A stretch of 64,000 bases of DNA from Deltaproteobacteria bacterium. GTDB taxonomy: Bacteria; Myxococcota_A; Polyangia; Polyangiales; Houyiibacteriaceae. This document shows, piece by piece, positions 58,196-64,000 of this stretch; positions within the stretch are counted from its first letter, which is position 1; every line of letters starts with the position of its first letter. A program made the position numbers and the translations under genes. The stretch covers positions 128,001-192,000 of the forward strand of contig JAXMNT010000003.1 of the NCBI GenBank assembly GCA_034670305.1, read 5' to 3'. The notes under the pieces are model-generated. The model was not told the DNA's origin, ran no database searches, and saw only the letters and a list, made by a program, of their open reading frames with translations.

Positions 58196-58400
58196 TCAAC
58201 CGGTCCGATGTCCCGGCGCAGCCTGTGGCTCGTTCTCGCACTTCACGGCCTGGTCCTGGGCCACCATGCACCTCCTCTGTCACGCGCTGGTGCGGCAGAA
58301 ACCGTCATACCTCCACGGGTGTGCAGGCTGCAAGTTGGGGGGGTGGAACCTCCCATGGGGCAACCGGTCCAGACCTCGCTTCGCGCAACGACGCGCGTCA

Positions 58401-59921
58401 TCAGCGTTCGTGCCGCGGTAGGCAGATCCGAAACGTGGTGCCCACGCCAAGGGACGACTCCACCTCGATGAACCCGCCCGCTTGTCGCACCGTCCCATCA
58501 CAGATCGCGAGACCGAGGCCGGTGCCCACGACCGGAACCTTCGTGGTGAAGAAGGGCTCGAAGACCTGAGCCATGGTCGCCGGGTCCATGCCTGCGCCAT
58601 TGTCTGAGACCGTTAGCCACACGCAATCTCCAATTGGCAACTCCGGCTCGAGCCCCATCTCCACCACCTCGGAGATCGGCCCGTTGCACGTCGCGAGCAC
58701 GAGCGTGCCCCCACGTGGCATCGCGTCCCGCGCGTTGACCGCGAGGTTGACGATCACCTGTTCGAACGCCCCCGCGTCAATCCACACCGGCCACAGTGCG
58801 TCGCTGAGCCGGGTCTCGATGTCAATGTGGGCACCGAGGGTTCGGCGAAGCGTCGAGAGCAGTCTCGACACCAGGGCGTTCAGGTCGGTCGACTCCGGAA
58901 GCACCGGCTGCTTCTGCGAGAACGCCAAGAGCTGCCGGGTGAGCTTGGCCGCGCGACCCGCCGCACGCAGCACTTCTGTCAGGTCGTCGTGGGCCGGGTC
59001 ACCTGGACTGAGTGCATCTCGCGCAAAGTTCCCGAAGCTCACGATGGCGGTCAGGAGGTTGTTGAAGTCGTGCGCGACACCGCCCGCGAGCCGACCGATG
59101 CCCTCCATCTTCTGAGCTTGCCAGTATTCCTCCGCCAGCTGCGCCTCCCGGGTGCGGTCCTGGAATGCGGCGATCGCATACCGAACCTCACCCTCGGGAC
59201 CGAAGACTGGTTTCGCTGTCACGGCGATCAGGGTGCGACCCTCGGGACGTACGATCTCCATGTTGCCGACCGAGCTCGTCTCGCCCTCCAACGCGCGGAC
59301 GATCGGCAGAGACTCTGCCGGATAGAGATCGTCGCTGCCCGCCACATAAGCCTGGTAGACCTCGGCGAGGTTGTTCGCGTCGGCCCCCGGCACGATGCCG
59401 CGCCCCAGGATCTCGACCGCCTTCCGGTTCGCGAAGCATGGGGTGCCGGACCCGTCGAGCACGTAGATTCCGATCGGCACCGCCTCGAGGAAGGTGAAAA
59501 GCAGCGCCCGGTGTGCGTGCAACTTGGCCGCTTGCCGCTGTACCTCGGTGCGCAGTCGGGACGTCTCGAACGCGTAGGCGATCGCGCGCGTGAGCACGTC
59601 GCGGGTCAGGCGCTCCTTCATCAGGTAGTCCGACGCACCCGCCTTCAGCGCAGCCACCGCGACCTCCTCCGCCCCCGCACCGGTCAGCATGATCACCGGG
59701 ATCGAGAGCCCAAGGATCTCCGGGATGAGGTCGAGGCCGTTAGCGTCCGGCAATCGGTGGTCGACGAGCACGAGGGCAGGTTGCTCGGCCCGTGCCTGTC
59801 GAAGCCCATCGCGCCCGGTTCTGGCGTCGAGCACGTCGAAGTCGGACTCCAGGATCGCATGCACCAAATCGAGATCGACCGGGCTGTCGTCGATCACCAG
59901 AACCGTCGGGCGACCGGTCAC
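58401..59921 (-). CDS. REC-PAS-histidine kinase
   Basis: IDDS..LVDHRLPD; GGVAHDFNNLL; NLAVNARDAM, DNGAGM, FEPFFTTK, GTGLGL; GTG 59921 overlaps upstream stop. Confidence 0.93.
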   Translation of the reverse strand: MTGRPTVLVIDDSPVDLDLVHAILESDFDVLDARTGRDGLRQARAEQPALVLVDHRLPDANGLDLIPEILGLSIPVIMLTGAGAEEVAVAALKAGASDYLMKERLTRDVLTRAIAYAFETSRLRTEVQRQAAKLHAHRALLFTFLEAVPIGIYVLDGSGTPCFANRKAVEILGRGIVPGADANNLAEVYQAYVAGSDDLYPAESLPIVRALEGETSSVGNMEIVRPEGRTLIAVTAKPVFGPEGEVRYAIAAFQDRTREAQLAEEYWQAQKMEGIGRLAGGVAHDFNNLLTAIVSFGNFARDALSPGDPAHDDLTEVLRAAGRAAKLTRQLLAFSQKQPVLPESTDLNALVSRLLSTLRRTLGAHIDIETRLSDALWPVWIDAGAFEQVIVNLAVNARDAMPRGGTLVLATCNGPISEVVEMGLEPELPIGDCVWLTVSDNGAGMDPATMAQVFEPFFTTKVPVVGTGLGLAICDGTVRQAGGFIEVESSLGVGTTFRICLPRHER

Positions 59922-62140
59922 CGCGCGTCTGTGGCCGCCGGCCAGACAGGTTCGGGAAAGGGGAGTCCCGGTCTCGCGAAGTAGTATCCCTGAAAGAGGC
60001 GACAGCCGATCTTCTCGAGCGCGAGGAGCTCCCCGGCCGTCTCTACCCCCTCCGCGATCACTTGCATCTCCAGATCGCCACACGCGTCGACCACCGATTG
60101 CACGAGGCGCTGTTTGGTCGGAGACTCGTGGATGTCGCGCACGAGGGACATGTCTAGCTTTACCACGTCCGGCTGAAGCGCGACGAATGCCGAGAGCCCG
60201 GCGTAGCCCGCGCCGAGATCATCCACGGCGATGCGGAATCCGAGCGCGCGCAGACGATCGATCCGCTCCCGCAGCTCGCCAATGCCGCTGAGGCTCGCAC
60301 GCTCAGTGATTTCCAAGACCACCTTCGACGCGATGCACCCAAGCGGGGTGGACGGGTCGAATAGGTCCTCGTCGAGCAGGTCGCTCGGATGCAGGTTGAT
60401 GAAGAGCAATGGTGTGCCCCCGTCCTTGAACGGCTCGGGCGCCACGAGCCTCATCTGGCGCCCCACGTCCTGGACACGCTGAAGCGTCTCGGCCGCGTCG
60501 AAGAGCACACCCGGATGGGGAATCGAAGGTTCCTTGGTGCGGACCAAAGCTTCGTACGCGAAGATCTCTCGCTCCGGCCAAACGACGATGGGCTGGTAGT
60601 GCGCGAAGAGCAGCTCGACCGCCCGGGTGAGCCGCTGGTCGAGCTCCTCGAGCTCGTTGTCCTCGGTCGTCGCGGCAGCGACATGCTGTGCCGCCTCCCG
60701 CCGATACTTCGCCAGGCGGGCCATGCGCACCGCGCTCACCATGGCGTTGCGCACCTCGGCTGGGTCGACCGGCTTCTGGATGTACCGGAACGCACCGAAC
60801 TCCAGCGCGGCGATCGCGGTGTCCATCGACGGCGCACCCGTGGTCACGATCACCGGAACATCGACGTCGTCTGCCTTGATCGCCTTGAGCAAGTCGAGGC
60901 CATTGAGCCCGGGCATGTTGATGTCCGTCAGGACCGCGTCGGGACGACGCTGGCGAAAGAGCTCCACCGCCTGCTTGCCATCCTTCGCGGTGATGATCTC
61001 GAAATCCATGTCGCGGAAGATCCGCCGCATGGCCCGCAAGACCACCTCCTCGTCGTCAGCGATCAGAAGACAGGGGGAGTCCGGCGCACGGGCCACGTTC
61101 TTGGACTCGAGGACCCGGGGCTGCTCGAGCAACCGGCGGTAGTGTTCTCGGTAGCGCTCCAAGTCCTCTTCCGGGCACCGGTGCGGAACCAGCTGGATCG
61201 CGAAGCCGGCTGGCGTCGCGCCGGGCGAAGTGCGTCGCCACGCGACGACCCCGCGCACGTGCACGCACACCTCGCTGTGCGGAGGGCGGAACTCGAGCCA
61301 CACCACGGCGTCCTCGTCCACCGGCTCCAGCGTCTGGACGAAGATGCCATCGCGGCTGATGTTGTAGGTCAGCCCGTACGACGGAAGCACCTCACCAGCA
61401 GGGCGAAACGAGCAGAGGGTGCTGAACAGAAGGCGCTGCGACGCACGCAGTTCGGCGGCGCCGTGAAGCAGCTCGTGCAGCATGAACACCAGGTGGTCCG
61501 CTGGCGCGTCGGCGGGCACCACCGCCGTCGTCGGGCTGCTCCGTCCGCCGAAATCATCGGCGTCCGAGCCCCCCATCACCACGATTGGCAACCCATGAAA
61601 GTCGAGTTTCCAGCGCAGGTCGTGATGCAAGCTCCCAAGGGGGTCGGCCGCACGATGCACCACCGCCGCGGCCGGCCGCAGCCCCCGATCGACCTCGTCG
61701 AGCGATGCCGCGAACACGGTGGAGAGGCCTGACCGCCGGAGCGCGCCTCCGATGCGACCTCGACGCACCTCGTCCTCGTCGACCACGAGCACCACCTGGG
61801 CCTCGCCAAGCTCCGGTCGCTCCGCACCGCGCAGAACATTCACACGGCGCAGGAGTCCCTCGACGTCGGACACCAGGATCACGTCGTCTGCACCCATCGC
61901 GAGCGCTTCTCGCAACACCCCCGTGTCGAGACGCTCGACCAACACCAGAAGCGGCACCAGATGGGCACGCGGGTCCGCGCGCCAGCTGGCAAGATCCGGG
62001 TCGCCGGTACCCGCGATGGTACAGACGGGCAGCATCGACGGCTTCCATGTCCGTGCCACCGCGTATCCGAGCGCGGCGAGCGCGTCTTCGAAACGGGAGG
62101 GTACGGCCCCCCGCACCACCACGAGCGGTCGGTCGGTCAC
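59918..62140 (-). CDS. c-di-GMP phosphodiesterase: degenerate REC x2, PilZ, REC, EAL
   Basis: PilZ RASQR + NISRDG; REC ADDE..TDINMP..KP; EAL YEALVR, FINL, EITE, DDLGAGY, KLD, EGVET, QGY. Confidence 0.9.
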   Translation of the reverse strand: MTDRPLVVVRGAVPSRFEDALAALGYAVARTWKPSMLPVCTIAGTGDPDLASWRADPRAHLVPLLVLVERLDTGVLREALAMGADDVILVSDVEGLLRRVNVLRGAERPELGEAQVVLVVDEDEVRRGRIGGALRRSGLSTVFAASLDEVDRGLRPAAAVVHRAADPLGSLHHDLRWKLDFHGLPIVVMGGSDADDFGGRSSPTTAVVPADAPADHLVFMLHELLHGAAELRASQRLLFSTLCSFRPAGEVLPSYGLTYNISRDGIFVQTLEPVDEDAVVWLEFRPPHSEVCVHVRGVVAWRRTSPGATPAGFAIQLVPHRCPEEDLERYREHYRRLLEQPRVLESKNVARAPDSPCLLIADDEEVVLRAMRRIFRDMDFEIITAKDGKQAVELFRQRRPDAVLTDINMPGLNGLDLLKAIKADDVDVPVIVTTGAPSMDTAIAALEFGAFRYIQKPVDPAEVRNAMVSAVRMARLAKYRREAAQHVAAATTEDNELEELDQRLTRAVELLFAHYQPIVVWPEREIFAYEALVRTKEPSIPHPGVLFDAAETLQRVQDVGRQMRLVAPEPFKDGGTPLLFINLHPSDLLDEDLFDPSTPLGCIASKVVLEITERASLSGIGELRERIDRLRALGFRIAVDDLGAGYAGLSAFVALQPDVVKLDMSLVRDIHESPTKQRLVQSVVDACGDLEMQVIAEGVETAGELLALEKIGCRLFQGYYFARPGLPFPEPVWPAATDAR

Positions 62141-62167
62141 TCGGCTGCCACGGAGCCCAAGTGAGTC

Positions 62168-63484
62168 TCAGGCACGGTGACCACCCATGTCGCCTGACAT
62201 AAGCGACACGTACTTGCGTATGGATTGTCTGATCTCGTCCGGCACGTTCATGAACTCCACGCCGATCGCGCGCGCGCTTCGACTGCTGCGCACCCAGCGC
62301 GTGGTGCCTTCGATCGTGGCGACGACGCCCGACTCCGGGAGCGGAATGCGGATCTTCACGGACTGATCCGAGTCGCATGCTGCGTCGACGACCACGAGCA
62401 CCCCACCCTCCGAGATGTCCTCACACCTTCCGTCGACGGCCCGGTCTCCGATCTGGATCCGAACCGGCGTCACGTACGGTGCGCGTTCGTGTCGCCGCGC
62501 GCCTGGGCGCTTGGCACCCGTACCCGAGCTCGCTGGCCGCTCCATCACGGTGGGCTTGAGCGCGGGCTTCGGAGAGGGATCCGAACGGGCCCCGTCGAGG
62601 ACCCGCAACCCGGGCACCGATGGGTACACCCGCACAAGCGCGGCGGCGAGCTCGAGCGGCGACTGAAAACGATCCGCAGGATCGATCGCGAGCGCTTGGG
62701 CGACGACCGCGTCGAGTTCTGTCGAGACCTCGGGTCGCAGCGTGGACACCGGCTCGGGCGCCTTGCCCGACAAGTGAGCCGTGACCACCGCGATCGCTGC
62801 GCCAGCCACCGGGACCGAACCGGTGAGGGCCTCGTACAACATCACGCCAGTCGCGTAGACATCCGCTCGACCGTCGACGTCGGCACCGGAGGTCAGCTGC
62901 TCGGGCGCCATGTACTCCGATGTTCCGAGCAGGGCACCCATTTGGGTGAGCTTTTCTTCGTCCGGATCGGCCATGCCGTCGGCCTTCGCGATACCGAAGT
63001 CGATGATCTCGACTTGTTCCCCGATTGGAGTCCTCGAGATCATGGTGTTTGCCGGTTTGACATCCCGATGCACCACCCCTTTGGAGTGCACGTACTGGAG
63101 CGCGTCACACACCTGCATTGTCAATGCAATGGCCTGAGGCACCTCGAGCACGGTCCGGGTCAGCAGGATGCTGCCTACCGAGCGACCTTCGATCATCTCC
63201 AGCGCAACAAACGGGCCGTGGGTGTCGCAGGTCCCCGCATCGTACACGGCCACGATGTGGGGATGACGCAGCGTCCCAAGCACGCTCGCTTCGCGCAGAA
63301 GCCGCACATGGGCCTCTTTTCGCCGCAAAGTCGAGGAGTTCAGCGTCTTGAGCGCCACCCTCTGTCCGGTCAGCACGTGGGTCCCCTCGTAGACCGATCC
63401 GACACCACCCTCGGCGATCAATCGCCCGACCTGATACCGCCCCCCGACGACGTCGGAATGGGCCGGAGCCCGCAAGTCTTGCAC
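62168..63484 (-). CDS. Cytoplasmic Ser/Thr kinase with C-terminal PilZ domain
   Basis: VALK, HRDVKPAN, DFG, YMAPEQ, DVYA.G; RRHER + DISEGG. Confidence 0.92.
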   Translation of the reverse strand: MQDLRAPAHSDVVGGRYQVGRLIAEGGVGSVYEGTHVLTGQRVALKTLNSSTLRRKEAHVRLLREASVLGTLRHPHIVAVYDAGTCDTHGPFVALEMIEGRSVGSILLTRTVLEVPQAIALTMQVCDALQYVHSKGVVHRDVKPANTMISRTPIGEQVEIIDFGIAKADGMADPDEEKLTQMGALLGTSEYMAPEQLTSGADVDGRADVYATGVMLYEALTGSVPVAGAAIAVVTAHLSGKAPEPVSTLRPEVSTELDAVVAQALAIDPADRFQSPLELAAALVRVYPSVPGLRVLDGARSDPSPKPALKPTVMERPASSGTGAKRPGARRHERAPYVTPVRIQIGDRAVDGRCEDISEGGVLVVVDAACDSDQSVKIRIPLPESGVVATIEGTTRWVRSSRSARAIGVEFMNVPDEIRQSIRKYVSLMSGDMGGHRA

Positions 63485-63572
63485 TCAATCCCCCTCTGAA
63501 AACGTGGGCGCGGCTCGGGTTGCCCGGCGTCAGTGCCCACTGATGTTGAGGTTAGGTATCGACCTCGCCCGA

Positions 63573-63602
63573 ATCGTACGTGCTCTTCTCGAAACGAGTC
63601 AA
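63573..63602 (-). promoter_or_regulatory. Sigma70-like promoter for the signalling cluster
   Basis: TTGACT (63602-63597) N18 TACGAT (63578-63573) in an AT-richer intergenic region. Confidence 0.55.
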
Positions 63603-63709
63603 TAGGATGATCTGGCGCTCTTGGTGCAATGTTTCGTCCACTGTTTGCGAACTTTCGAGTCGCTGATCACCCGTTTTGGGGGCGCCGAAGGCTGTCGTTC
63701 CGTTTTCAA

Positions 63710-64000
63710 TCAGTCCCCAATGCCGGCCGCGTGGTCCAGCGCATGCCGTTCGTCGTCGTCGAGCGTCAGACGCGCAAACGGCAAAAGCTGTTCGAGTTGA
63801 CCGACCGTGCGCGCGCTGGCGATCACCGAGTCGATGCGCGGATGTATGCAGCACCAGGCCAGCGCCACCGCGCTCATCTCGACGTCGCGGTGGCGTGCGA
63901 TTCGCTCGAGTGCCGCCAAGACCGCCGAGGTCTGAGGACGATCGGCGAAGCGCGACATGCCCTCGGCCCTTGGAGAATCGACCTTGGCGGCGTGCTGGTA
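63710..64000 (-). CDS. Aldo/keto reductase, C-terminal part (5'-partial at window edge)
   Basis: LERIA......VALAW..HP.I.SVIASART..QL......L.LDDDE...LD. Confidence 0.85.
   Translation of the reverse strand, partial: YQHAAKVDSPRAEGMSRFADRPQTSAVLAALERIARHRDVEMSAVALAWCCIHPRIDSVIASARTVGQLEQLLPFARLTLDDDERHALDHAAGIGD

Noticed and set aside
63490..63566. c-di-GMP-II riboswitch in the leader of the PilZ/EAL cluster (TGGGCACTGAC resembles part of the consensus)
   Set aside because: Flanking conserved elements are not visible; only short alternative stems (TCAGTG/CACTGA, GTGGGC/GCCCAC). An Infernal search against Rfam would settle it

Overview
High-GC chromosomal window that looks myxobacterial (Polyangiales/Sandaracinaceae-like; inferred from MYXO-CTERM sorting signals, many Cys/Asp-rich lipoproteins and eukaryotic-type Ser/Thr kinases). 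About 55 genes are supportable, including proS, zwf/pgl/gnd, a Lys-type (IIIK) serA, L,D-transpeptidase, LD-carboxypeptidase, Slt, a class-III aminotransferase, a diheme cytochrome c and a large set of modular surface proteins. No rRNA, tRNA, CRISPR array, transposase or integrase was seen. Most notable: (1) a putative metal/envelope-stress module at 53.3-55.5 kb (ECF sigma, anti-sigma, LTxxQ periplasmic protein with a His-pentapeptide tail, small 4-Cys secreted protein, YHYH-like protein) in which the sigma and YHYH genes both lack 5' ends and meet back-to-back at ~53674; (2) a four-gene signalling cluster at 55.7-63.5 kb linking a Ser/Thr kinase-PilZ, a PilZ-REC-EAL phosphodiesterase and two paralogous His kinases; (3) frequent leaderless-type promoters (TAnnnT 5-8 nt before start codons), including two tiny upstream ORFs coupled to the next gene; (4) long intergenic hexamer tracts with one variable position; (5) a tandem pair of small CC-x3-CC MYXO-CTERM proteins behind a perfect 11-bp inverted repeat. 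All family assignments come from motif recognition by eye; no database search was run.
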